From Aplysia californica (Eukaryota), in contig NW_004797734.1 of NCBI RefSeq assembly GCF_000002075.1, positions 114,031 to 178,030 on the forward strand: 64,000 bases of DNA. Reading direction: 5' to 3'. The position numbers and the translations under genes are program-made. Positions 36,456-48,019 of this stretch are shown here, one piece after another. Numbering within the stretch: the stretch's first letter is position 1; every line of letters starts with the position of its first letter. The notes below the pieces were generated by a model. The model saw only the letters and a program-made list of their open reading frames with translations, did not search any database and was not told the DNA's origin.

Positions 36456-39400
36456 ATGGAATCTGATGGACTCCATCTAAGCATTGATTATGTGGGTAGC
36501 AGTGGAGTTATGCTCAGCCCCGAGTCTAAGGCGGCTTTGCAGACTTCTCTAGTCATCCTACAAAATGAAAACAAATTCAACAGAGTGTATTTCTGGGGGA
36601 AAATACTTGGCGTCAAAGATGACTATTTCATTGCACAAGGCGTGTACAAAGATGAATTTGCTGGAAGGAAAACATTTTACAGGTAAGTCAAAACTGACTT
36701 CTCTAAGATAAATTGTGAGATGGCTCAGGTGTTGTTGTTTAAGGCCTGATGACTGATGACTTGACTCAAATAATTTTGCGCCCTCCGATGATTTGACACT
36801 TGATAGCATGTTTTTTGTTAGACGGCCATACAAAAGTTTCCACAATTTTGAGGAAAAGATCAGAGGATAAGTGAGGTGAACAGAATTGCTTAAATGACAT
36901 CAATGTAAATTTTACAATTCCTATAAAATTATTATCATATAATTTTTTTCTTAACCTTCATGTAGGCCTACTTTGATATATGACCACCTCGTTTTACTAA
37001 TATAACCCAATACAAGCAACAAAATTTGAGAGGCTAGAGAAGAATAATTTATCTATCATCAGGGAGTTCAGGTAAGATGTATTGTTCTGAAGCATAGTTA
37101 AGGAACAAAAGAAAGATGGAATCTAGTTCTAGAGCTGAAATAGGAATGGTAGGTTATAAAACCCCTTTGCCAGCACTCTCCTTTAGCTTGTTCCATTCAT
37201 CTCTGATTAGTCTATGTAATAGCACAAATGACACTTTTTTCAGTTTCTTGAAATCTTAATGCCCTGAATTTTATCATGTCACTTGTCAAGGCTTTTCAAA
37301 TGACACCTAAAAATTCCCAAATTTTAAGCACTGAACAAACTGAAGGAAGGTATTCATTTCATCACTTTGTATTCTTAGAGCTGTTTTCCTGTTTAGCACT
37401 ATGCAGGCTTCTACCTTCAGAAAACATGTTCAAAATCTTCAAGCATATAGAGGAAACTTGGCACATATTTTGCTTTAGCTGGTCTGAACTGTTGGAATAG
37501 AGTTGCTTTTTTTTTATTTTCTTTTGTTTTTGTAGCTAGTCTGCCGTAAACCCATAATTGGAAGGAATTTCAAAGGTCTATAATGTATTAATTACATTAT
37601 TTTTCTGATCCTTAATCTCCGTTTTCTTTTATATCTTTTTTTTTACAGCAAAGACTGCATACACTGGGGACTGCTTCCTCCTGCAACTGCTGAAATGAAA
37701 GAGAAATCAAAACTGGCCAAAGGACGTTTCACTGGTGACCCCTCTTATGAATTTGAACATGTTGAGACGAAAAAGGTTGGAGAAGGAGAAGAAGCCACAG
37801 AAGAAGAAGAAACAGTAAGATATGAATAACATGCTGATTATAAAATTGTGTGCGTCAGTCATTTTTAATTCTAGCTTCTGCGTTTGTTGCGTCCACGACA
37901 CGCGAAACGCGGCCGCGATTTTTGCATTTTTCTAAAAAGACGAAAAAAGCTATACCTCATAACATATTAGAACATGTATTTTGATAAGTTTTAAGTATAA
38001 GTACATTACATACTATTTTTATATTGCTGTCTGTCTTTTATTTTTCCCTCTTTGTTGTGTTTTGATTTGTTGGTGAGTTAATTTTTCTAAAAATTGTTCT
38101 ACTGATTTGTTTTTCTTTTTTTTTGTGTTTATACAGCGTAATGTCATTAAATTTAATTCTGTTCCTACCCTTTTAAAAATGTATATGTGTTACGGTAGAG
38201 CGTGTCTCCACCAAAACCGAATACTGATACTGGCACGCCCAATTGTGTGTGATTCCATAATTTGCTTGCAATATCCTGTAGGCCTACTTTTTCTTGAATT
38301 ACACTCGTTTAGGGTTAAAACAGCCTATCTTGGGATAGGTGGACACGCGCCCTTATTTGTTAATTTTTGTGGTTATTTATCCGTGCTGTTCCAATTTTGG
38401 TTTCATTCTATTGTGAAATCTTTATTTTTTACGTTTTTACCCTGTGAGTGACTACACATGATATTCTGGATTCTTAAAACAGAGCATAAGAAATTCTGGT
38501 GCTTTAGATTGTTACCTCTATCAACATATTGCTATATACATTGTCACAGAGAGGTGAAAGCTTGAAAATTAATGGCAACTTTTTGGGCAACTTTTGCCAT
38601 TTTTGTGGCAACTTTTGGACAAAAAAATGGCAACAAATGCAGATGCTAATTTTAATTACAGGTGCATCTCAAGCCTTTTGGGGGCTTGAATAGTATATAG
38701 TATCCTGTCTGACCTAATGTTCTATTTATTCTTTGTCTTCATATGCTCCTGTACTATTTTTGGTGAGAACCAAAGTTCCAAATCCACATTGATTCTCTTT
38801 GATTGAGTTTATCTTTAGCAGGATATCAAACTATTTTAATTCCCTGAAGCTGCAGATCACAGGCTTCATTGCGATCATCATCATCATCATCATCATCATT
38901 ATCATTTTCTATTTCGACTTTAACTCTTAAGAACAGTAGCAAAGATGACTCTAACAGAATTGTCAATGGCAACACCATACTACCACCAGCAATAATACCA
39001 ACAAATTAAAGAAGGAAAAAGACAAGCATCAGTGTGCAAAGTACAAAGTCGGAGTTCAACACTGACTTTGTAAGTAATGTAAGACTACATATGTGAAGAG
39101 CATATTTTGAGTATCCTGAATTTATCTCTTGTTCTTGAAACTTTTGACACCCTTAGTGGCCTCATGACAATTAGCTACTACAGATGTCATATTTCTTATT
39201 GCTTTTGGTTTCTTTTTAGACAATTGTCAAGGAAGAAGACAGACTTTCATCAGTCATTGCTGAGATCGACGACGACGTGAGGATTGTGCCTCGAGGGGCA
39301 TTTGTTCAAGTTCCTACAGCGGAAGTCGTAATAAATAGGAGTTTTGAAGGTGAGCTGACTAAATGAAATAGCCCATTCACAGAATGAATGTTGAACGAGT

Positions 39401-41197
39401 CTTGCTCTCATAATGCATATGCTTACAAGCTGCTAATCTTAGAATTAAACCACTTTTGTTCAGATTATTACATGTAGTTTTATCGGTTTGATGCATAATT
39501 TACATTCTAATTAATTAAATTAAGAGTTACTTAAGTAGAATTTTTTTAAATTATGTGCAAGTATTTCATTCAGCAGTACTTTCCCCTGCATATTAAGGTA
39601 TGATTGAGTTCAAAAATTGAGCCTGACCAGAGAGAAACATGGATAAAAATTGGATGTTGTTATTAATATGGAATTTGCAATCACATAAATTATTTTGATT
39701 GCTTTTTCTGTGCAGGTTTGTCTGTTCAAGAAGCAGCAAAACTCTGTAACTACATGCACTTCCGGGAAGCCAAGAGGCTGGATCTGAAGACCCTGCTTCA
39801 ACGCGCAAACATGGACAAGGCCATTGACTTTATGGATAGTGTCGAGGACGATGTTCCCCGTGGTACGTTCATGTCATCAGTTTATATCTTCATGTCTTGA
39901 GTAAGGCAACACATTAAGGAATATTCTGTCAGTACTTCAATAGACGCTGGGGAGGTTTTTGTTTTGATTTGTTCTTTTATAATGTTACCTCTGCATTTTG
40001 GCTAAGTAATGTTTTTTTTGTGCTTCAAAGAAAATAAATATCTCTTTTATGGCGACAATAGCTGAAATAGCTGTGGTATCCTGAATCATCATCATCATCC
40101 AGTGCCAGATCTGCGACAGACACCGGTGATCATGGTTCTCCATTCATTCCTTTGCTCTGATGCTCTTAAAAAAGCTACGTTTCCCAGATCTTTCCCCGTT
40201 ACCCATTTGTTTAGGGTCCCTAAGTAGGTTGCTCTCGGCCTACCCCTGCCTCGTTTGCCTTCAATTTTGCCAGTGAGAGCAGGCTGTTCAAGACCCTTAT
40301 GTCTATTCAAGTGTCCCAAAAAACGCATTTGTCATTTCCTGATTGTTTTTAACAGTGAGCGTCCCATATGGGCTTCACCAAGCACTGCCTCATTTGATTT
40401 CTTTTCCTTCCACGATACTCTTAGCAGTCTCCTCAGAAACAACCACATTTCTGTTGCTTCTATTTTAATTTCACTGTCTTTAGTGATTGTCCAGCCTTCA
40501 CAGCCATATATAGAAGGGCTGACCATACATAGCATTTCAGAACTTTGATTTTGGTAGTAACCTGAATACATGTATGATTTATAAATAATATAAGTCTAGA
40601 TTGACTTGTGATTGTGACTTTTAAGTTTGAAATGTAGCCTATGGCAAGCCAGAAATCGAAAATGAAATGGCTTGCGTCTACAGGAATTAATATGTGAAAA
40701 AGAAATATGTTGTTCCTACTTAGGAAACCAGCTCAGAAATCATTAAACCAGACAATGACTTTTTTTTTTGCAGCTAAGAAGCCATCAGTCATCAGAAGTT
40801 TTTCTATTTTGTTCGAAAGTCATTGAAGTGTAGATCTAATAAAAATTACTGCAGGCCACATAAAAATTTGATCATAATATTATTAATTATTATTCTTCAG
40901 TAAGGAAAAAAAAATATGTTGATAAAGGGGAAAAACTCTTGTAAATATTGTCATCTTTATTCTATTTCTGGTTATTTCCCTTTGAAATTCATGCTCTGCG
41001 TAAATGGTCAAAATAATTCGTGTATTTCATTTTCAGGGTCTTGGAGCCTGCAGTTTGAGCGAGGAAGTGGCTTGTTAACCCTGCGCAGTCTTCAGTGGCC
41101 AGGCTATGCCTTCTTCCATATCCCTGCCACACATAAGTATGGTTCTGTGTACTTTGGCACTGGAGAGAAAAACCAGGACCTCCCCTTCATGCTGTGA
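36456..41197 (+). CDS. RSPH9: Radial spoke head protein 9 homolog, 5 exons, 276 aa
   Basis: Exons 36456-36682, 37649-37814, 39220-39349, 39716-39862 and 41037-41197 (227/166/130/147/161 nt, 831 nt, all GT-AG). Motifs FWGKILG..DYFIAQG, GRFTGDPS, KEEDRL, VPRGAF, LRSLQWPG, YFGTGEKNQDLPFML-stop. Confidence 0.96.
37871..38649. mobile_element. hAT-like non-autonomous element in RSPH9 intron 2
   Basis: TIR CTAGCTTCTGCGTTTGTTGC / GCAACAAATGCAGATGCTAA, 8-bp TSD TTTTAATT, repeated GGCAACTTTT subterminal motifs. Confidence 0.7.
40087..40553 (-). mobile_element. 5'-truncated RTE-clade LINE (ORF C-terminus plus (ATG)n tail)
   Basis: Remnant peptides YGCEGWT...EATEMW.LRRLLRVSW..KKSNEAVL and FLGHLNR...GKIEGKRGRGRPR typical of the RTE C-terminus. 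(TGA)n tail; TSD GTGGTATCCTGAAT/GTAGTAACCTGAAT (12/14). Confidence 0.88.
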
Positions 41198-41913
41198 ACA
41201 ATAACTCATACTTTAACAACTTTTTGACACCCTTGGTTAAAATTCTTTTTTTTTTTTTTTCATGACTTTAGAAAGGACTCAAGGGGAAAAGAACATAAAT
41301 TGCAGAGCCTACATTTCATATGTCGCTATTTTCTCAGAAAGCACAAAGGACATTTTGAAATGAAGTTGTTTTTGAATGAGTTTAGATTGACATATGTGTA
41401 GATTTTGTGTTCAAAATGATGTGTAGGACTTATCTTCCTAGATCTGTAAAATGAGAGATGAGCAAGGACAAAGTACTTTCAACTTTTGCTCCCACAAAGA
41501 TGTATGTGATAAGTAGGATTACATTATTTCCTTTTGATGCTGGTTCAAATGTTCCAAATTGGATCTTGACTGCAAAGACTTTAGTGATCATACAAACTTT
41601 GGATTAATTTATTTGTATCTATCATACTTTCCCAAAATACTAGACAAATTTGACATAGCAGCAAAAGCATTGACATTTCATGTTAGAAGATATTATTTTT
41701 TAAAGTACCATACTCATTTTTTTAAAAACCCATTGCAATTTTTTTTTGAAGATCTTGTACCCTTCATTGTTTTCGTCCTCAATGTTACATGGTAGATCAT
41801 TATGTTTTGTGCCGCTACTTTTGTTCCTCTGTCCTGAATGAAGTCTATACATATATCTAAAGGTTTTTTGAGATTCATTTGGAATGCCTTACAACTACTT
41901 GTGTAAATATACA

Positions 41914-41919
41914 AATAAA
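41914..41919 (+). other. Candidate polyadenylation signal of RSPH9
   Basis: AATAAA about 720 nt after the stop codon. Confidence 0.4.
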
Positions 41920-43347
41920 ATTTTACAACTAAATAATCGTCAGCGTCGTACTTCACATTTGATTAACAGTTCATTGCTTACAATGTTATTAGAGTCATGA
42001 TTTTTTTTTGCTTATTAGTTGAGATTTCAAATTCTTTTGTGAAAGCTTTAGACGTTTGCTTGGACAACTGTTACAGTGAAGTAAACTTTAACCTGAACGA
42101 GACACACTTCCAGAAGGGGACGTGCATCACACATTGACAAGCATTAATTACAATGTATCCTTATCCAACAGCTATTAAATTTACGGCTGCCCTCCAACCA
42201 GAAACAAAATGAGAATTTTAAAAATGAGCTTCACCAGTGTCAAAGGAAATGAAAATTTCCAAAAATTGAACTTAAAAACTCCACCGTGTTATAAAGGATT
42301 TTTTCAAGTGAGTCAACAGCCTACGAAGATACCAAATACAGATGGCCCACACAGACAAGGAAAGTACAGTAAATAATTGAAATTCCAGAAAAAAAAAAAA
42401 GCTTTACTCATCACTCTCACTTTTTTCTGTTTCCACCTATTGAACAGCTTTGTGCTTGAGTGAACGCTTGTTCCACAAACAAACTCAACGAATTTTCTGA
42501 GCCCAGAAAACAAAATCTTTCAGTAGAGAAAAAACTGTTTCACTCTAATAATTGGAGTTACTTTTTGCACATTTCCTTACTTTTTTTTCAACATTTAGAA
42601 TTTGAATTTTGCCAAAATATTTCCAGAGTACATGCTACCAATACCGCAGATGAAGAAACTGCAATTATTTTTTTAATTATTTTGTACTTGATACATCTGA
42701 ACAGCTGAGCAACAGTATACGAATGGATTTACAGAGGAAAATAGAACCATGATTTGTCTTCATAGTTCAGTCTATTACAAGATAAAATATTGAAAAACAA
42801 AACATCCACTAAACAAGTAAAGGCAAAAAGACATGACATTATTAGTACATTGTCATTAGTAAGGAAACAATACAGCGATGCACCACTCCATGCCGCTTAT
42901 AACTATTCACTAAGTAGAACAATGTCATGCAAAATTTGTCAAACATCCCCCTCCCTCTTCTCTTCTATATTTTGTTACTTTCAGTCTTGTGGTTAGTTAT
43001 TATATTGAATTCAAAGCAACAATACAATGCCAGTCAAAACAAAGGCCAGAAGTTTCAAAACTAAATCATGCGAAATAGTGTTTATTCTAAGAACGTAGTT
43101 GGTGACCCCTTTCAAACTGTTTCAACGTAGTATTGTGACACATGAAAAAATGAGTAAACGCCAAAAGTTCTTGCAAGTCTTTACTGAAACTTTTGGTAGG
43201 TCACAAGCCTTTTGCAGCAAAGGCGTGTGTATGATTCTTATGGAGTGGGGGCTGGGGCACAAAACGAATAAGATTAGCGAAGTGATGGAGGGAGAAACAA
43301 TTAAAAATAAAAATCATGCGCTTGGGGCTCATGGCAAAAAAAAGGAG

Positions 43348-43352
<5 letters not shown>

Positions 43353-43404
<52 letters not shown>
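43353..43404. repeat. (CT)n microsatellite
   Basis: Direct inspection. Confidence 0.95.
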
Positions 43405-43407
<3 letters not shown>

Positions 43408-44297
43408 CTCACAATGTTCTGTACGAGCTGAAAGACGCATTCTTAATTGTCACTTCACTCTCAAAGAAAGAAACACATTTTTATTTCATTTCAATTACTT
43501 GTGCTAAGGTCAGTCTCAAAGGACTCAGAAAAAAGAAACCCGGCGTCGGCCATTTGTTCAAAGACCCATAAAGTACGAGTACGTTTTTCTTGGTACCGGT
43601 ACCACTCTACCTCCGTTTATCACTTCTGTCTCTCCAATGAAGGCAAGATGTTCAAGGCCGTATGTATGTCGATTCAAATGCCTTTTGCTTGGACAAATAG
43701 AAAACAAACGAACATTAAAAGGTGGAAAGGGGGGAGTGGTCGGATGGTCGTTTAAAACCTCCATGGGTCATCTTGGACTGGTGGTCGAAACACAGTGGAT
43801 TCGATAGAATAGTCTTTTATATGATAGGCATATATAAAAGTATACATAATAAACACTTGCACACGTCATGTTTATAAGCTGAACTGCTTTTCTTTTCTTT
43901 TTTTTAAATGGAATGGAATTGAGCACAAGAGAAAAACGCTTTCCGCAAATAATAAAATGTCGGTTCGGTTTGGTTGGCGGGACTAGCCAGATTGAGGGCG
44001 AAAAGCGGCCATCGTGGCACAATCCGATCGACGGGGACGGTGACCTTCAAAAACAAACGCGTTTGTTTTCAAGGCTGCGAGTCGCGCGATCTGATGGTGA
44101 GGTCTAGAGGCAATCACAGCAAGGCTTTGTAATCGATCCGCCAATGAGCACCCCCTAGTTGTATCAAAGCCCGTGTATACACGGTCTATGGTTTTATGTT
44201 GCAATGTTCTCCAGACAGACTGGTAGCATTTGACTTAATTTTTAAAGTCTGTCTTCAGGAGGGCGTGTTCCCCATTGATCCCCACAGAAGGGACAAG

Positions 44298-44580
44298 GAT
44301 TCCTTCGCCAGAAGATCGGCCTGCTTGTTTCCTCAGATTCTTACATCCCACGTGGCTAGGGAACCATTCAAACTAATGCTTTCGCTGTACAGCCAAGGAA
44401 TGAATTCTCAACTGTTCTTCAACTAGTTTAAAGGGTTTAAGAGTGTGAAATTGGTGAGTGAAGTGAGGCAAGGCGGCAAGTAATCGTAAAAAAGAAGAGA
44501 AAATAACTCGGGAAAGTTTTCTTTGGATTCCGTTGACTGTTGGAATGACAGCAGTGGCCTCCCCGAATTAATGATGTAGC
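44298..44580 (-). pseudogene. Decayed retroelement RNase H domain (I/Nimb-like LINE)
   Basis: Minus-strand frames read FEWFPSHVG and, after a small frameshift, I*GNKQADLLAKE, matching the RNase H motif W.P(S/G)H.GI.GNE.AD.LAK. Confidence 0.65.
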
Positions 44581-45574
44581 TATGGCACCGGCGGCNNNNN
44601 NNNNNNNNNNNNNNNNNNNNNNNNNNNNNNNNNNNNNNNNNNNNNNNNNNNNNNNNNNNNNNNNNNNNNNNNNNNNNNNNNNNNNNNNNNNNNNNNNNNN
44701 NNNNNNNNNNNNNNNNNNNNNNNNNNNNNNNNNNNNNNNNNNNNNNNCTAAAAAGTGGGCGTGCACAATTAAGCTATCTTAGGCTGAAGATAATCAAGGG
44801 CAGAGTAAATGGGATGGTGTATAATTTTAGGATCTTTGGGTTGGTGAAGGAAGACCTTGTGCTTTTATTTTCATTCTTTTTACCTGTGGCTTTGACTTCT
44901 AGAACTGAATCTGCTTGTTAGCTAAACGTCAATTTCATTCATCCTGCATTAGAACTGAACACTCAAGAAATACCTTTCACCACTCCACTACAAAACCGTT
45001 CAAAAGCATAACTCATAGGACGGCGACTTAAGTATGTTACGTTCACCTCCCTCAGGTTCACGGTCACAGAGTCACTTAAAATAGCAACAAGACAATGAAC
45101 CAATGACAATTCACTTGAGCACTCCGCTGGATTGCTCCGGGGCCCACATAATTTTGGCATGGAATAGTGCACAGTCTATGGCGTTTATTTTTAGATTGCC
45201 TACTGTGGGCTATGTTTCGGCGCTATTCGGCAGCACATTTGAGATGTGCTGTCTTATTAATATTAATGTACCGCCACAAACTCTCTACAAGTGTCGTCAT
45301 CGCTTGGGTTATCCCAAAGAGCGATTTATAGGTCAGCTTTCCACTGTTGACTATCCTGTTATGTTAGATACAGCGCATGAACTTAGGCATGGCATAGTAG
45401 ATGTTTTACGGCGCTATAGAATAGAAATGACAGCGAAGGCCTTGTTTTGATATAATATTTGACTAGTATTTGTTTTTGGCGTTTTTTATTTCAATATTGT
45501 GGGTGCTTTACGTCATAGAACATTAAAACATTTTGGGCGGCACTGCACGACCGTGCTCTATGGACGAACCGCGC

Positions 45575-45576
<2 letters not shown>

Positions 45577-45639
<63 letters not shown>
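45577..45639. repeat. (AT)n microsatellite
   Basis: Direct inspection. Confidence 0.95.
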
Positions 45640-45641
<2 letters not shown>

Positions 45642-46155
45642 GTTTTTCGTGGCCTAGAGGTTAAGGTGTTGGCCTCTCATTCAAAGTCAAAGGTCCCGGG
45701 TTCGAATCCGGATAGCGACCGAAAAATTTTCTTCTTTAAAATTGTCTCCTTTCGCCTCCTTTCCTGCTCTCCAGCAATATTCTGTCGTCTGCTTTCGTCT
45801 CCTCTTTCTGCCCCCACCCGTTCACCTCCTTTGCCCCCTCCTCTGGGCTCCTGACTCTTTCTGCAGCCTTTCTACTGCTACTCCTTGACTCCTTCTTATA
45901 GCTGTCTTTCTGCCACACCCCTGATCTTCTGGTAGGAAAGATCTACACCTAGCCTTCTCGGACAAGGGCGAAAAATCTCGGAGGGCCCGTTAAAGATCCC
46001 CTGGTGGTCTAAAATCGATAAGAGTAGGCTTCGGCCGCCACCCAAGCAAAATTCAAAATTTCCTACCAACTAAAAGTATTAGGTGTGTCCGGCGCGCTCA
46101 TATGACCTTATGCAGTTGCGAGCGCCGTAAAAACCTCTACTATTAAAAAAAAAAA
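45639..46155 (+). mobile_element. tRNA-derived SINE, family 1, full length
   Basis: A box TGGCCTAGAGG, B box GGTTCGAATCC, central GTTAAAGATCCC..GGTGGTC..AAGAGTAGG, poly-A tail. Confidence 0.9.
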
Positions 46156-46832
46156 TTGTGTGTGTGTGTGTGCGCGCGCGCGCGTGTGTGTGTGTATGTG
46201 TGTGTACTCACAATAATAATATACATGTTTATAAAATAATATAGGCCATAGAGTTGCCCCCCTTTTAAACCTATAGTGTACATCTATGTTAATACATTGT
46301 ATAATAGATCTTTTTTTTTTTAGCCTAGGTTTGGACTTATTCTAGATTCGAGAGCCTAGGACTGGACCCATTTTAATGAAAACTAGCAGCCCACGTGCCT
46401 TTAGCACAACCCAGTGCTAAAAAAGGCTAAGACAATCATGTACATGTATTGTTTTCAACTGCCACCATAGATTTACAATACTAAAAAGAAGATAACTCTA
46501 TGACTGCCACTATATCACTGAGCTAGGCTTGGCCTACTGTCGCGACTATACTAATACACCAGTCCTGCTGTTACTTAATAATGTATTAAAACACATCCGT
46601 TAGAACGTTTATTGGCATTGGATATAATGATAGCTTACATGATACCCTGTCCTGTGGTTTTTATATTATTATGCTTGTATGCTGGATTATTTTTCGCCTT
46701 TTCTTAATAAGTATTGGTTTATTGGCCGCTTTCCTTTTTTTAAATTTTGTTTTTATTTTAAAGATATTGACATGTATTCTTTTCTTTACATACTATCTGT
46801 GGGCCAAATTTTTTTGGGGAAAAATAAACAAG

Positions 46833-46841
46833 AAAAAAAAA
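46833..46841 (-). terminator. RNA polymerase III oligo-dT terminator of tRNA-Ala
   Basis: Run of 9 A on + (T9 on -) beginning 2 nt after the tRNA discriminator base. Confidence 0.8.
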
Positions 46842-46842
46842 T

Positions 46843-46915
46843 TGGAGCTGCCGGGTATCGATCCCGGTACCTCTCACATGCTAAGCGAGCGCTCTACCAC
46901 TTGAGCTACAGCCCC
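46843..46915 (-). tRNA. tRNA-Ala (anticodon AGC)
   Basis: Reverse complement GGGGCTG TA GCTC AAGTGGTA GAGC G CTCGC TTAGCAT GTGAG AGGTA CCGGG ATCGATA CCCGG CAGCTCC A folds into a full cloverleaf. It has the G3:U70 alanine identity pair and A54 typical of eukaryotic tRNA-Ala, and is followed by a T-run. Confidence 0.96.
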
Positions 46916-46946
46916 ATCTACTAATTCCGTTCCTCTGAACAACACA

Positions 46947-46948
46947 TC

Positions 46949-47018
<70 letters not shown>
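46947..47018. repeat. (CT)n microsatellite between tRNA-Ala and RBL
   Basis: Direct inspection. Confidence 0.95.
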
Positions 47019-47023
<5 letters not shown>

Positions 47024-47902
47024 TTATCTCTCTTTCCACCCCTTCCTCCCGTCTCTCTTCTCCAATAATGCCAAAACAACCCCATCAAACAATCCCAACT
47101 AAAACAACAACCCAAACAACTCGACGACAAAAGAAATAAACATTTAAAAGACAGCCTCCGTTATTGTAGGACGGTTTTAGGGCAATTATGTTGAAAAGGA
47201 TAATCTTATTTTGGTTACCTTAGCCTAACTATCGATGCTTATATCTAGGCCTACACATATATAAGCAACTTTGGAAATAGTTCTGTTTCTGATATATCTA
47301 TATATGACTTTATAGTTAGGCCTAGGATGAAACACAAATTATTACTTGTAAACAACATAGGCCTATTATGCTCTCTCCCCAAAGAATAAATAGGCTTAAG
47401 TTTGAAAATAAAATAATAAAACCCCTCTTAGCTGCTGCTTGCAATTAGCAGAGCCTGGCATGGCCTCTGCACTAGTCTTAACATTGACAGCTTTAAAGCT
47501 CCCGGTATTCTACATTTTTTCAGCTATACCATGATTATCAAACAAAGATAGGCTGGCACGCACCCAGAAAAAACTAAAACTAAAATTCATCTGTCTCCTA
47601 TGATGGACCTATCGAATGAAATGGTCATCAAGTATATTCTTGGATGCATTTGTATTAGGCCTAGATCTATCGATCTTTGCTTTTCACTCCGATTGCATTC
47701 GTTGTTGTTTCTTTTTGTTCCATGCAAGCAATACAAATTTCTGATGGGTACAGTACAGAATACTGCATTTGATCAGCTCTACTTAACTTAAAGGTGTCAG
47801 AGTTTTTTTGTAGGCTAGGCCTACATGAATACTATTTTTCTCGATTTAACTAATACGTCTCAGCTGAGCCTAGGCCTATTGCGATCGAAGACATGTCGCA
47901 TC

Positions 47903-47913
47903 TTTTCCCGCCA
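47903..47913 (+). promoter_or_regulatory. E2F binding site in the RBL promoter/5'UTR
   Basis: TTTTCCCGCCA matches the E2F consensus TTTSSCGC, about 110 bp upstream of the ATG at 48020. Confidence 0.6.
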
Positions 47914-48019
47914 CAAGCTGGTACCCGGAGCTCTTCAGTGTGAAGTGGCAGTAACCGGCCTCGTTTTTCAAGCAAGATGTCCGATTTCATTCTGTAGGTG
48001 TGTACATTCAACAATAACA

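Noticed and set aside
45103-45450. 115-aa ORF as a host gene or transposase
   Set aside because: No recognisable motif. It lies near a lone hAT-like end (GCGCCTG at about 45576) whose partner I could not find, possibly in the gap.
45639-45720. Possible tRNA gene (also 26890-26960 and 10670-10744)
   Set aside because: A/B boxes are present but there is no proper acceptor or anticodon stem, and each continues into a SINE body with a poly-A tail.
47825-48019. N-terminal extension of RBL from the upstream in-frame ATG at 47825
   Set aside because: The upstream peptide has no resemblance to pocket proteins and overlaps the E2F-site promoter region; ATG 48020 (ACAATGG) has a good Kozak context.
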